From positions 31,902 to 95,901 of the IMG/VR virus record IMGVR_UViG_3300044266_000273: a stretch of DNA of 64,000 nt; one strand, written 5' to 3'. Below are positions 25,851 through 36,501 of the stretch, in pieces. The translations under genes were made by a program, and so were the position numbers. The stretch is from a virus. Its lineage: Duplodnaviria; Caudoviricetes. The notes below the pieces were generated by a model. The model made no database searches and was not told the origin of the DNA. It saw only the letters and a list, made by a program, of their open reading frames with translations. Position 1 is the stretch's first letter. Every line of letters starts with the position of its first letter.

Positions 25851-27174
25851 AGATTACCTTAGAAAAGTTTTACCGTTTTTAAAAGACGAGTATTTTACCG
25901 ATAGAACCGAAAAGACACTCTTTCATGAAATTACATCGTTCACGGAAAGTTACAATACTACAACGAACATTGAAGCGCTTCTATTGGCCGTCAAAGAAAG
26001 GCGTTCTCTCACAGATGACGAGGTGGAGAAGTGCAAAACTTATCTACAGGAAATTGAGAAGACTAAAAACGAAGAATCCAAGGTTCAATGGCTTGTTGAC
26101 AAAACGGAAAAATTTTGCCAAGAAAAGGCGATATACAATGCTGTACTCGGGTCTATTTCTATACTGGACGGAAAAGACAAAACGCACGACAAAGGTCAGA
26201 TTCCCAAGATATTATCGGACGCCTTGGCGGTAAGTTTTGATAATTCGGTTGGCCATGATTACTTGGAGAACTCAGATGCACGATATGAATTCTATCATCG
26301 ACATGAAAGTAGAATACCTTTCGATTTAGATTATTTCAACAAGATCACAAAAGGTGGGCTTCCAAATAAAACACTGAACATCGCCTTGGCTGGTACAGGT
26401 GTCGGTAAATCTCTTTTCATGTGTCACGTGGCTGCTGGTGCCATGGTGCAAGGCAAAAATGTATTGTATATCACGTTAGAAATGGCCGAAGAAAAGATTG
26501 CAGAACGTATTGATGCAAATCTTTTGAATGTAACTGTAGATGAACTTTCAGAACTGCCAAAAGAATTATATGATAAGAAAATCAAAAAGGTCCGTGATAA
26601 GACTGTTGGTAAACTTATCATCAAAGAATATCCGACTGCATCAGCTTCAACGACACACTTTAGAACATTATTGAATGAACTGAATCTCAAAAAGTCTTTT
26701 GTACCAGATATTATTTTCATAGACTATTTGAACATCTGTTGTTCTTCACGCATCAAAGCTGGTGCCAACGTTAATTCATATACATACGTTAAAGCGATTG
26801 CAGAAGAGTTACGTGGTATGGCTGTCGAATTCGATGTTCCAATTGTTTCTGCCACACAGACTACAAGAAGTGGTTTTACAAGTAGTGATCCTGGCCTAGA
26901 AGATACGTCTGAATCTTTTGGTTTGCCAGCAACTGCTGACTTGATGTTTGCTCTCATCTCGTCTGAAGATTTGGAAGAGCTTGGTCAAATCATGGTCAAA
27001 CAATTGAAAAATCGTTATTCTGATCCAACACAGTATAAAAGATTTGCTGTGGGTATTGACCGTGCAAAGATGAGACTGTATGATGTTGAACAATCTGCAC
27101 AAAATGATATCATAGATTCTGGACCAACACAACAGAAGCCACAGAAAAAATCATTTGATGGTTTTAAAGTATGA
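25807..27174 (+). CDS. 41: Replicative helicase gp41
   Basis: AGTGVGKS, IIKEYPT, SESFGLP and KQLKNRY motifs. Confidence 0.97.
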   Translation: MRLEQTILKNLIFNEDYLRKVLPFLKDEYFTDRTEKTLFHEITSFTESYNTTTNIEALLLAVKERRSLTDDEVEKCKTYLQEIEKTKNEESKVQWLVDKTEKFCQEKAIYNAVLGSISILDGKDKTHDKGQIPKILSDALAVSFDNSVGHDYLENSDARYEFYHRHESRIPFDLDYFNKITKGGLPNKTLNIALAGTGVGKSLFMCHVAAGAMVQGKNVLYITLEMAEEKIAERIDANLLNVTVDELSELPKELYDKKIKKVRDKTVGKLIIKEYPTASASTTHFRTLLNELNLKKSFVPDIIFIDYLNICCSSRIKAGANVNSYTYVKAIAEELRGMAVEFDVPIVSATQTTRSGFTSSDPGLEDTSESFGLPATADLMFALISSEDLEELGQIMVKQLKNRYSDPTQYKRFAVGIDRAKMRLYDVEQSAQNDIIDSGPTQQKPQKKSFDGFKV

Positions 27175-28277
27175 ATCTAAACAAAGAGGAGGCTTTGCAT
27201 TGTGCAAAGGTATTTCATGACTACTTTTCCAACTTTCACCGAGTGGATGATTATATGCGGGATCAGAAATTGGCATCTCTGCGTGATCTTCCTTCAAATC
27301 CTCTTTTTCCTCTAGAAGACGATTTATTCTCCGATTTCTCCATGCATCCACAAGACATGGACTTTGAAGTATGTGAAATACAACAAGAAACATGGGAAAC
27401 ACTACTCAATATTACCTCTTCACATATCAATATTTCACCAGTTGGCCGTCAAATTAGGCTGGCGGTATTGGAAAAAAATACAAACAAATATGTTGGATTT
27501 CTAAGATTAGGTTCACCAGTTATAAACTGTAAACCACGAAATGAATTTTTAGGTCAAGTGTTCACACAGAAACCGGAATGGGCCACCAGATTCAACAATT
27601 CATCAATGATGGGATTCGTCATTGTGCCATCACAGCCATTTGGATACAATTATTTGGGCGGTAAACTTTTGGCTGCCATTTGTTGTTCACATGAAGTGAG
27701 AGAAATGGTCAACAAAAAATATGGTATGAACTTGTGTTTGTTCGAAACCACAAGCCTCTATGGCAGTTCAAAACAAGTTTCACAGTATGATGGTATGAAA
27801 CCTTACATACGATATAAAGGACTTACAGACAGTGATTTTGTTCCGTTGATGCACGGCAAAACGTATGAAGACCTGAGAAACTTTGTGGAAAATAAGATTG
27901 GTGAAATAGTTGATCCGGATTCTTCAAGTAAAAAACTTAAAACTACCATGAGAATCGTGGCCTTGGTAAAATCAGCACTTAAAGGATCACCTGAGGCAGC
28001 AGCATTCTTGGAAACGATTGAGAACGCCAAAAGGTTGACAGAAAAGAAAAGATATTATACTTCAGATTATGGTTTCAAGAACAGTGTGGAATATGTTAAC
28101 TGTTTGTCCGATAAGTTAATTCCCGGAGAAAACTACGAAAAACATCATTTGGTAAACTTGGTTTCTTGGTGGAAAAACAAGGCTTCAAACAGATATGAAA
28201 CTTTGAAGAATGAAGGAAGAATGAAGACTGAATTGGAAGTGTGGACGTCCGGGAAAGACATACAGATAATCAGATAA
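27171..28277 (+). CDS. DUF4338/DruA-like protein, paralog 2
   Basis: PFGYNYLGGKLLA, ETTSLYG and SQYDG motifs. Confidence 0.6.
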   Translation: MNLNKEEALHCAKVFHDYFSNFHRVDDYMRDQKLASLRDLPSNPLFPLEDDLFSDFSMHPQDMDFEVCEIQQETWETLLNITSSHINISPVGRQIRLAVLEKNTNKYVGFLRLGSPVINCKPRNEFLGQVFTQKPEWATRFNNSSMMGFVIVPSQPFGYNYLGGKLLAAICCSHEVREMVNKKYGMNLCLFETTSLYGSSKQVSQYDGMKPYIRYKGLTDSDFVPLMHGKTYEDLRNFVENKIGEIVDPDSSSKKLKTTMRIVALVKSALKGSPEAAAFLETIENAKRLTEKKRYYTSDYGFKNSVEYVNCLSDKLIPGENYEKHHLVNLVSWWKNKASNRYETLKNEGRMKTELEVWTSGKDIQIIR

Positions 28278-28300
28278 ATACTTTTATTTGAGGTTTTCAC

Positions 28301-29251
28301 ATGGCTTCTAATTTAGCTCCTTCGGAATTATATAAAAAAGGTAGAGAAGAAAGAATAGTTATCTTTATACAGAAATATGAACGCGGAGATGAATTCGAAC
28401 TTGTCACATCAATTAATGGAAAAAAGAAAGTTAAACTCATCTTTGATTTGAGTATTCATAAAAGATTAAAAAATAAAATTAATCCAGGCACAATAGTGTT
28501 TCAAACAAATTTAGGTAAAGAAATAAAATTATCCAATTTAGCTAAAACATCAGAATTTGGTGGAATGGCCGATAAAAAAATAAGCACGACTCATATTGAA
28601 GAAAAAGAAATTATTTCAATTCGTGAACAGTTGATAGATATAAAGAAAAAATTAGCAACAACAACTGTTCCAATTAAAATAAAAAATACTATTTATGAGG
28701 TTTATGATATACAAAAAACTCCAGGAACACCAAAATCCGATTTTCATTTCTTAGATATAAATGGAAAAGAAATTGTTTGGATGTCACATAAAGATGGTCG
28801 AACCGCAAAGGACTTTCAACAATGGGGGGGAATTTCTAAAAATGTTCCAAACACACACAATCATAAAGAAACAAAAGAATTTTTAAAATCATTAAAGGAA
28901 AATTTCGATGATGGGTTACCAAGAGGTGCGAATGTTGTTAAAGAAATTAAAGATAATAATTTAAAAAATAAATCTGTATATGGTGATGACTTCAAACAAG
29001 GAAGTAGACAATATGGAAGAGATAATGTGCAACTTGTTTTGCAGGGTCCAGTCAAGCTTGTTAAAAAGAATTCTTATTATGAAATTGATGCCAATCACAC
29101 CAGTGAAAATGGAAAAATTATGAAAGGCGATTACGAGCCGACCTTTACAGCCCAATATCGAAGTGACAGAAATGATCCTGTTCCACATTCAAGATCATCA
29201 ATTTGGCCGAAATATGTGGAAAAAAGAAAAAATACCATAAAAATAAAATAA
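28301..29251 (+). CDS. Putative PD-(D/E)xK-type nuclease
   Basis: TPKSDF...SHKDG...FQQWGG; very AT- and Lys-rich. Confidence 0.45.
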   Translation: MASNLAPSELYKKGREERIVIFIQKYERGDEFELVTSINGKKKVKLIFDLSIHKRLKNKINPGTIVFQTNLGKEIKLSNLAKTSEFGGMADKKISTTHIEEKEIISIREQLIDIKKKLATTTVPIKIKNTIYEVYDIQKTPGTPKSDFHFLDINGKEIVWMSHKDGRTAKDFQQWGGISKNVPNTHNHKETKEFLKSLKENFDDGLPRGANVVKEIKDNNLKNKSVYGDDFKQGSRQYGRDNVQLVLQGPVKLVKKNSYYEIDANHTSENGKIMKGDYEPTFTAQYRSDRNDPVPHSRSSIWPKYVEKRKNTIKIK

Positions 29252-29267
29252 CCATGATTGAAATATT

Positions 29268-29981
29268 ATGACAGCAACAGTGATTATACCAACAACTGGT
29301 TCACCAGATTTGAAAACCTCTTTAGAGAGTGTACTAAATCAAACATACCCAACAAAATGTTATGTGGTGATTGATGGTGATAATTTTTCACCGAAAGCAA
29401 AAACAATCATCAGCAACTATCTTGGTAATAAAAACCTATACGTATGCCAACTTCCAATCAACGTTGGTGCCAATGGTTTCTATGGGCATAGAGTATATGC
29501 TGCATTCACGCATTTGATAGACACCGATTATGTACTATATCTGGACCAAGACAATTGGTTTGACAAGAATCATGTGCAGTCTTGTGTTGAAATGATTGAG
29601 TCAAAAGATTACGACTGGTGTTTTTCACTCAGAAAAATATGCGACAAAGATGGACAATATGTTTGTGATGATAACTGTGAATCGCTTGGTCGTTGGCCAA
29701 CGTATCATGGATTAAATCATATAGACACCAATTCATACTGCATCAAAACAAAAGTTGCACAATCTCTGGCGCAAGTCTGGCATGGTGGCTGGGGTCAAGA
29801 CCGAGTGTTCTATAGTGTGTTGGATAAACACTATAATAACTATACATGTACTGGTCAGTATACTGTAAATTATCGTGTTGACGGTAATCCAGGATCCGTC
29901 ACATCAAGCTTTTTTATTAATGGTAACAAAATAATGAATGAAAAATATAATGGGGAATTTCCATGGATAAGAAAAATCTAA
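29268..29981 (+). CDS. Glycosyltransferase family 2
   Basis: VIIPTTG, SVLNQTY and YLDQD motifs. Confidence 0.85.
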   Translation: MTATVIIPTTGSPDLKTSLESVLNQTYPTKCYVVIDGDNFSPKAKTIISNYLGNKNLYVCQLPINVGANGFYGHRVYAAFTHLIDTDYVLYLDQDNWFDKNHVQSCVEMIESKDYDWCFSLRKICDKDGQYVCDDNCESLGRWPTYHGLNHIDTNSYCIKTKVAQSLAQVWHGGWGQDRVFYSVLDKHYNNYTCTGQYTVNYRVDGNPGSVTSSFFINGNKIMNEKYNGEFPWIRKI

Positions 29982-30829
29982 TTATTGGTGGCATACAAAA
30001 CTATAACATCAATCAAATAAAGCCTTGGGTGCTTTCAATCAATGAAGTTTGTGATAAAAATGTTGACAAGGTAGTTTGCATCAGCAATCTATCACAAGAA
30101 ACAAAAACTTGGTTACAATCACAGGGATTTATTCTGGTTGAAATGGCCCAAGATTCCAGAATACCGATACACGTTTTGCGATTTCTTTATATTTACGAAT
30201 ATCTCAAAGAAAAACATACCGAATATCAATACGTCATCACCACAGACGTAAAAGATGTGTATTTTCAAAAAGATCCATTTGAACACATGCATAAAATGTT
30301 GGCGAGTACCAACAAAAAACTAATTGCTGGTTCGGAAGGTATGTTGTACAAGGACGAACCTTGGGGTAACGAAAATTTACTTCAAGCTTATGGTCCATAT
30401 GTGCATGAAATTTTTAAAGATAATGAAATCTATAATGTTGGAACATTAGCTGGCCATGCAGATTACATTAAGGATTTAGTATTCAACATCTTCACCAATG
30501 GCATCAACAGACCAATTCCTATTGTTGACCAGGCCGTCTACAACGTTCTTATAAACACACAACCATATAAAGACGTTACACTATTCTTAAAACAAAAATC
30601 TGGATGGGCCATGCAAGCTGGAACAACAGTGGATCCATCTAAGATAGATATGTTTAGACCGTTTCTAACAGAACCTGAACCTATTTTTGAAAATGGTCGT
30701 GTGAAAACTAGAGACAAAGTAGAATTCACGATTGTACATCAGTATGACCGTGTTCCCGAATGGAAAAAACATGTGATGCAATCATATGGCCAACAAGATG
30801 AATCTGATTATTTTATTTACAAGGTGTAA
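29963..30829 (+). CDS. Glycosyltransferase-like protein
   Basis: TDVKDVYFQ, DQAVYN and HQYDR motifs. Confidence 0.65.
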   Translation: MDKKNLIIGGIQNYNINQIKPWVLSINEVCDKNVDKVVCISNLSQETKTWLQSQGFILVEMAQDSRIPIHVLRFLYIYEYLKEKHTEYQYVITTDVKDVYFQKDPFEHMHKMLASTNKKLIAGSEGMLYKDEPWGNENLLQAYGPYVHEIFKDNEIYNVGTLAGHADYIKDLVFNIFTNGINRPIPIVDQAVYNVLINTQPYKDVTLFLKQKSGWAMQAGTTVDPSKIDMFRPFLTEPEPIFENGRVKTRDKVEFTIVHQYDRVPEWKKHVMQSYGQQDESDYFIYKV

Positions 30830-30832
30830 AAA

Positions 30833-31405
30833 ATGAGTGAAACTATTACGTTCAATACTATCGAACAAGCATTTGGTACCAAAAAAATAACAACATTTAA
30901 GTGTTCTGGTTTTGGGTTGGGTGAATTGATCAAAGACCTAAAAGACCCTGTTGGATTAGAAATTGGTTGTGATATTGGAGACACTTCACAATTTTTAGTT
31001 GAATCTAATCCTAGATTATATTTGTATTCTATTGATCCATATGAAAATTATGTGGACTGGAATGGCAGGCCATTAAATGAACGTGAAGAAGTGTTTCAAA
31101 CAATGATGAAGCGAATGGAACCACACACATTGAGATTTGAATTGGTCAGAAAAACTTCAGACGATGCTGTTGAACTATTCGAAGAAAATATGTTTGATTT
31201 CATCTTTATTGATGGTCTACACACTTATGAACAACTCACAAAGGACTGTAACAATTATTATAAGTTCTTAAAACCTGGTGGTATCTTTTCTGGCCACGAT
31301 TTCACAGCAATCGAAGGTGTAAACCGTGCCGCAAAAGAATTCGCTGAGAGTGTCAATAAAGAAATTCTCACAACAGAATGTGATGTTTGGTACTGGTACA
31401 AATGA
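30833..31405 (+). CDS. Class I SAM methyltransferase (Methyltransf_24-like)
   Basis: LEIG, IFIDGLH and LKPGGIFSGHD motifs. Confidence 0.88.
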   Translation: MSETITFNTIEQAFGTKKITTFKCSGFGLGELIKDLKDPVGLEIGCDIGDTSQFLVESNPRLYLYSIDPYENYVDWNGRPLNEREEVFQTMMKRMEPHTLRFELVRKTSDDAVELFEENMFDFIFIDGLHTYEQLTKDCNNYYKFLKPGGIFSGHDFTAIEGVNRAAKEFAESVNKEILTTECDVWYWYK

Positions 31406-32094
31406 AAAATAAAAATTGTATTGTTTTGTCTGGTCAATATAGAACTTTCGACCAGACAAAAGAAAACATCCGTAAATTTATTGAGATTAATAATATGGAT
31501 GTATATTGTCATCTTTGGTCTATGGATACCGAAGAGATCGACAATATCAAACACACACTACAACCAAAAGCTATTTTATGCGAAGACTGGAAAAATTACA
31601 AAGAAGAATTTGACGACATAGAAAAAAGAGTGCGGTCTTCGAATCCCAAAAATGCACCAAACGATAAAATTGCCGGAAATGCTTCTATGAATTTTAGCCG
31701 AAAAAGAGCATTTGAATTGGTTGACAAAGAGTATGAATCTCTAGTATATTGTCGTTACGATATTACATTTAAATATCCATTTGGTTTCGAATTTGCGGAT
31801 AGAGTGTATACGCCTATTGAAGAATCTTATAATTTAATTTCTGATATCTTTGCAATCATGCCATTTCAAATGGCCAAAAATTATTTCATATATGATAATT
31901 ATGAGAAGTTGCACTCAACACAATTTGAACCTGTCTTTGAAGACTACTTGAGATTCAAGAAGAATTATGGTGAAGAAAATATCCGTATACATAAGTACGA
32001 AAGGTATTGCCCACACATGATGTTACTTCGTAACCTTGTAATGACAAATACACCATTTAGCGTTGTTGATTTACCTGTGAGTTTACAAAGATGA
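31402..32094 (+). CDS. Putative glycan-modifying protein
   Basis: LSGQYR and RYD motifs; related to the next gene. Confidence 0.55.
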   Translation: MKNKNCIVLSGQYRTFDQTKENIRKFIEINNMDVYCHLWSMDTEEIDNIKHTLQPKAILCEDWKNYKEEFDDIEKRVRSSNPKNAPNDKIAGNASMNFSRKRAFELVDKEYESLVYCRYDITFKYPFGFEFADRVYTPIEESYNLISDIFAIMPFQMAKNYFIYDNYEKLHSTQFEPVFEDYLRFKKNYGEENIRIHKYERYCPHMMLLRNLVMTNTPFSVVDLPVSLQR

Positions 32095-32768
32095 AAATTG
32101 CATTGTGTTTTTCTGGTCAAGCCAGATCATTTGAAAAAGGTTATGAATTCTATAAAAAAAATCTCCTTGATCACTACGATGTGGATGTCTATATCCATAG
32201 TTGGAAGTTTGATAAACAGAGAGAACTATTACAATTATACAAACCACTGAGTTATGAATTTACAACTCCACCACTAGGTGATTTTGATCGTAGATACACA
32301 AACACTCCTAATGCAGAAAAACATCCTCCTAGATTTACATGGAGAATGTTGTATTCTATGTACTTGTGCAGTGAATTAATTTGTCGTCAATATGATTGGG
32401 TCATCAAATCTCGCACCGACTATGCACTCAATACCGTTATACCTTTCAATGAACTAGACAATACAAAATTGTACATACCAAATTGTCGTATGGTTCCAAC
32501 CAGAGATTTTGGAAACGACCAATTTGCATTTAGTTCACAATCAAATATGAAAAAGTATATGTCCACATTTTTGAACCTGGACAAATATTATGACGCAGGA
32601 AATCAATTTATTGGTGAAGACCTCATGAGGGCCAATCTACACGAACATAATTTGTTCGGTGAGAATTTGGTTTATGTCAATATGAATAATCCTTTTCCTC
32701 CTGGCCAACACAACGGCACTTGGCATTCTTTGATTCGTGACGATTACGATATATGGAAGACATTGTAA
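32091..32768 (+). CDS. Putative glycan-modifying protein
   Basis: MKIALCFSGQAR, SRTD and NDQFA motifs. Confidence 0.55.
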   Translation: MKIALCFSGQARSFEKGYEFYKKNLLDHYDVDVYIHSWKFDKQRELLQLYKPLSYEFTTPPLGDFDRRYTNTPNAEKHPPRFTWRMLYSMYLCSELICRQYDWVIKSRTDYALNTVIPFNELDNTKLYIPNCRMVPTRDFGNDQFAFSSQSNMKKYMSTFLNLDKYYDAGNQFIGEDLMRANLHEHNLFGENLVYVNMNNPFPPGQHNGTWHSLIRDDYDIWKTL

Positions 32769-33496
32769 AATTTTCAGGCCATTCTGGTTGCGAAATTTAT
32801 CTAAAGAAATATCCGACCGGCAAACCATATGTTCTCAAAATCGGTGAAATAAGACGAAACACCGAGAGACTGTGGGCACTTAGATTTGGTGGATATCCTG
32901 TGCCAAAGATATATGTACAATCATCAAATTATTTTGAGATGGAATATATTCACGGCCTCGATATCAAAACATATTTGATTCACAATCCAATACGAAAGTT
33001 GTCTAAGTTTATTATTGACACATTGGAAAATTTTCAAAAAGATATTGAAGACAAAGATTATACTGACACATACAATACGAATCTAAAATGGATTGACAAT
33101 ACGTCCGAATTGCCTTTTACCAGAGAAGAACTTGTCAACAAATTACCAAAAGTATTGCCAAAGTCTATGTATCATGGAGACATGACATTAGAAAATCTAA
33201 TCAGTTCGGACAATGGATTCTATATGATAGACGCCGTTACCGTGCCTTATGATTCGTATGTGTTTGATGTTGCCAAAATGCGGCAAGATATGGAATGCAA
33301 ATGGTTTCTGAGAAACGAAAATGCCAAGATTGATGTGAAATTAAAATTGTTACAGGAAAAAATATTAAATAAATTTCCTATTGCAAATAATGATTCATTG
33401 TTAATTTTGATGTTGTTGCGTGTACTAGTGCATTGTAAAAAAGACGATTCCAATTATAATTTTATTATGAAAGAGATACACAGATTATGGAAATAA
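32753..33496 (+). CDS. APH/choline-kinase-like phosphotransferase
   Basis: GHSG, MEYIHG, HGDMTLEN and MID motifs. Confidence 0.8.
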   Translation: MEDIVKFSGHSGCEIYLKKYPTGKPYVLKIGEIRRNTERLWALRFGGYPVPKIYVQSSNYFEMEYIHGLDIKTYLIHNPIRKLSKFIIDTLENFQKDIEDKDYTDTYNTNLKWIDNTSELPFTREELVNKLPKVLPKSMYHGDMTLENLISSDNGFYMIDAVTVPYDSYVFDVAKMRQDMECKWFLRNENAKIDVKLKLLQEKILNKFPIANNDSLLILMLLRVLVHCKKDDSNYNFIMKEIHRLWK

Positions 33497-34512
33497 TTAT
33501 ACCTGCTGCAGGATTATCAAGCCGGTTTCCAAATATGAAACCAAAATATCTATTGTATGATTACAAACATGAGATGATGTTGATGAATGCCGTCAAGCCA
33601 TACCTGAATCATGGTGTAACCGTAGGTATTTTAAAAGAACACGATGAAAAATATCATGCGAGTGATTTCATAAGACATGATTTTGGTGATAAAATCAATA
33701 TCGTTATCTTGGATAAACCAACGAGTGGGCCGGCAGAAACTGTGGTCAAAATAATTCAAGAACGAGGTCTAAAAGAAGAACCAATTCTCATTAAAGATTG
33801 TGATAGTTTCTTTGAACACCAGGTGACTGAGGGAAACTACGTCTGTGTTTCAGATATCAAGAATCATGAGGTTTTAAAAAAACTTGCTTCTAAAAGCTTT
33901 GTTGTCTGCAATGAAAATGGCATCATCACAGATATTATAGAAAAAAATGTGGTGTCTGGAACCTTTTGTGTTGGCGGTTACAAGTTCCAATCAGCAAACC
34001 TTTTTGTCGATGCATTCGACTCTTTAGGAAAAAATTGCAACGAAATATTTGTTTCAAATGTGATTGAGCAATGTCTTGATCACAATATACTTTTTACTAA
34101 AAAAGATGTAACAAATTATATTGATGTGGGCACCGCACAAGATTGGTTTGAGTACAATGACAAGCCTGTAATTTTCTGTGATATAGATGGAACTTTGGTT
34201 GTCAGTCAATCTAGAGTCGGCGAAAATTCTTATTCCACGTTACCAGTAGCATTAATGAATAATGTAACACGAATGTTGCATTTTCAGAAAAACGGTGCAC
34301 AAATTATTTTCACTACCGCCAGATCATCGACGTTACGTGATATGACTGAAGAGATGTTGAATAATCTTGGTTTCAAAAATTACCAATTAATCATGGGATT
34401 ATTAAACAGCAGAAGAATACTGATTAATGATTTCAATGAAGCCAATCCTTTTCCTAGGGCTGAAGCTGTAAATATTCGGAGAAACTCCGACACACTGAGT
34501 GACTACCTATGA
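33487..34512 (+). CDS. Sugar nucleotidyltransferase fused to a HAD phosphatase
   Basis: PAAGLSSRF...PK N-terminus; DIDGT and TTAR in the C-terminal domain. Confidence 0.85.
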   Translation: MEIIIPAAGLSSRFPNMKPKYLLYDYKHEMMLMNAVKPYLNHGVTVGILKEHDEKYHASDFIRHDFGDKINIVILDKPTSGPAETVVKIIQERGLKEEPILIKDCDSFFEHQVTEGNYVCVSDIKNHEVLKKLASKSFVVCNENGIITDIIEKNVVSGTFCVGGYKFQSANLFVDAFDSLGKNCNEIFVSNVIEQCLDHNILFTKKDVTNYIDVGTAQDWFEYNDKPVIFCDIDGTLVVSQSRVGENSYSTLPVALMNNVTRMLHFQKNGAQIIFTTARSSTLRDMTEEMLNNLGFKNYQLIMGLLNSRRILINDFNEANPFPRAEAVNIRRNSDTLSDYL

Positions 34513-35207
34513 TACCAGATAAAAATCTTTTTATTATTACGTCAGCCGTCAAACCTGTTATGGGAGCATTTTCCCACGAAGAAAGGTTTCAACAAACCGT
34601 AGACTCTTTAATTTCATTACAAAAAAATACCAAAGATTCTATACTTATGTTAGTTGATGTGTCTGTTGCTTCACCGCTAACTGACGAAGAAAAGAAAATA
34701 CTTTCCGATAATTGCCACATTTTTATTGATGTGAGTGATATACCTCTAGTCCGAGATTTGTCGGCCGGAGCTCATAAAAGTCATGCTGAAAATGCACTGA
34801 TTTACAACGTACTCATGAATCTGAAATATGATATTCAGATGCAAAAGATAATGCAACCGGTCAAAAGAATATTTAAGTATTCATCCAGAACCACAATAAC
34901 TGAAGATTTCAATCTCAGTGATTATGATAATTTATTTGGAAAATTCGTATTCAAAAAGAGAATACCAACTTGGATGCAACCAATACAAGGTGATGCCACA
35001 CACCTTCTAATAACTAGAATGTTTTCTTTCTGCCCATCCTTAATTGACACTTATATTGACGTTATCCGCAAAAATTTTGAAATATTAAATTATGTTGATA
35101 CTGAACACGCTCATTTTGTGAATATACCAAAAGAATATTTGGTAGAGTTTGATACGATTGGATGTGAGGGTTTCTTGGCCGGCAACAGAACTATTGAACG
35201 GTATTAA
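34509..35207 (+). CDS. Hypothetical protein in the glycan cluster
   Basis: 232-aa ORF coupled to the upstream gene. Confidence 0.6.
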   Translation: MIPDKNLFIITSAVKPVMGAFSHEERFQQTVDSLISLQKNTKDSILMLVDVSVASPLTDEEKKILSDNCHIFIDVSDIPLVRDLSAGAHKSHAENALIYNVLMNLKYDIQMQKIMQPVKRIFKYSSRTTITEDFNLSDYDNLFGKFVFKKRIPTWMQPIQGDATHLLITRMFSFCPSLIDTYIDVIRKNFEILNYVDTEHAHFVNIPKEYLVEFDTIGCEGFLAGNRTIERY

Positions 35208-35243
35208 ATCCAAGATTTTCACGCTATATATTAAATCAAATAT

Positions 35244-35284
35244 TTGACTTTTCTGTAAATCTGTGTTATAATTTCGTATAAATA
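35244..35284 (+). promoter_or_regulatory. Sigma70 promoter plus T4 late promoter
   Basis: TTGACT-17-TATAAT and TATAAATA at 35277-35284. Confidence 0.65.
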
Positions 35285-35325
35285 AATCCACGGGCAACCA
35301 AAGTGTGTTGCATTCTGGAGACTTG

Positions 35326-36501
35326 ATGTATTCATTTAAGAATTATATTGTAGAGCAGGCCGAAGAGGAAACAAAGCTCAAACACATTACCCACACGGAA
35401 GACAGACCCCTGCAAAAAGGCGCTGAGGGTTTTAAACACGCCTTTGGTGCACTCAATCAAGCCCACGAGCACATTAAATCTGGTGGAAACAGTTCCGCTT
35501 TGACCATGAAGTATGACGGTTCCCCGTCTCTTGTTTTTGGTCATAATCCAGAAAACGGAAAGTTCTTTGTGGCATCTAAGTCTGCATTCAACGTCACTCC
35601 TAAACTAAATTACACTCACGCCGACATACTTAAAAACCACGGACACGCACCAGGTTTGATGGCCAAACTGCACGATTCACTTAATCACCTAAAGAAAGTT
35701 GCACCTAAAACTGGTGTTTACCAGGGCGATTTGATGTTTTCTGGTGAAGACAAGAAAGAAACAAAGCGTGGCGTTTCGTTCACACCAAATACAATAACAT
35801 ATACAGCTAAAGGTGAACAAGGCGACCAAATTAAAAAAGCCAAGTTAGGCATAATTGTTCACCACACATATCATGGAAAGAACTTGGCTTCCATGAAAGC
35901 TGATCCACATCCAGACTTACACAACTTTAAACACAATCCTGACGTTTGGCAAAAGTCTGCGAATATGGACACAAGACAGGTTCATTACTCAGACAAAGAC
36001 CAAGAACAGTTCCGTAAACACATGGAAGCTGCAAAAAAGATACACGATCAACATGGTAAAGATATGTACCGAGCCGCAACTCCACATTCTGGTGCAGGTG
36101 GGCATTTAGAACAATATATAAACAATACCGTTAGAACTGATGAGACTCCTTCGGCTGAAGGTATGCAAAAGTTCATACAAAATAAAGTAGCCAAAGAATC
36201 AGCTAAGTTAAAAACTCCTGCAGCACAAGGTCGCAAAGAAGCGGAAGCCAAGGCTCACATTAAACATATACAAGCTAATAAAGAGCACTATAATAATCTG
36301 TTTAAGATGCACGACCACTTACAGAAAGCTAAAGATACTTTAGTTAATGTGTTGAACCAACATACCGGTGGCCTCGAACATGATATTGATGGAAAGAAGA
36401 CAGATCCAGAAGGATTCGTCATTCATCATGCTGGCGAACCATCAAAACTGGTCAATCGCAAAGAGTTCAGTAAAGCCAATCTTTTAAAAGTACGCAAATG
36501 A
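35326..36501 (+). CDS. Ligase/capping-type nucleotidyltransferase-like protein (DUF6267-like) with capsid-targeting N-terminus
   Basis: KYDG, YQGDLMF, EGFVI and KLVNR motifs; MYSFKNYIVE start. Confidence 0.6.
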   Translation: MYSFKNYIVEQAEEETKLKHITHTEDRPLQKGAEGFKHAFGALNQAHEHIKSGGNSSALTMKYDGSPSLVFGHNPENGKFFVASKSAFNVTPKLNYTHADILKNHGHAPGLMAKLHDSLNHLKKVAPKTGVYQGDLMFSGEDKKETKRGVSFTPNTITYTAKGEQGDQIKKAKLGIIVHHTYHGKNLASMKADPHPDLHNFKHNPDVWQKSANMDTRQVHYSDKDQEQFRKHMEAAKKIHDQHGKDMYRAATPHSGAGGHLEQYINNTVRTDETPSAEGMQKFIQNKVAKESAKLKTPAAQGRKEAEAKAHIKHIQANKEHYNNLFKMHDHLQKAKDTLVNVLNQHTGGLEHDIDGKKTDPEGFVIHHAGEPSKLVNRKEFSKANLLKVRK

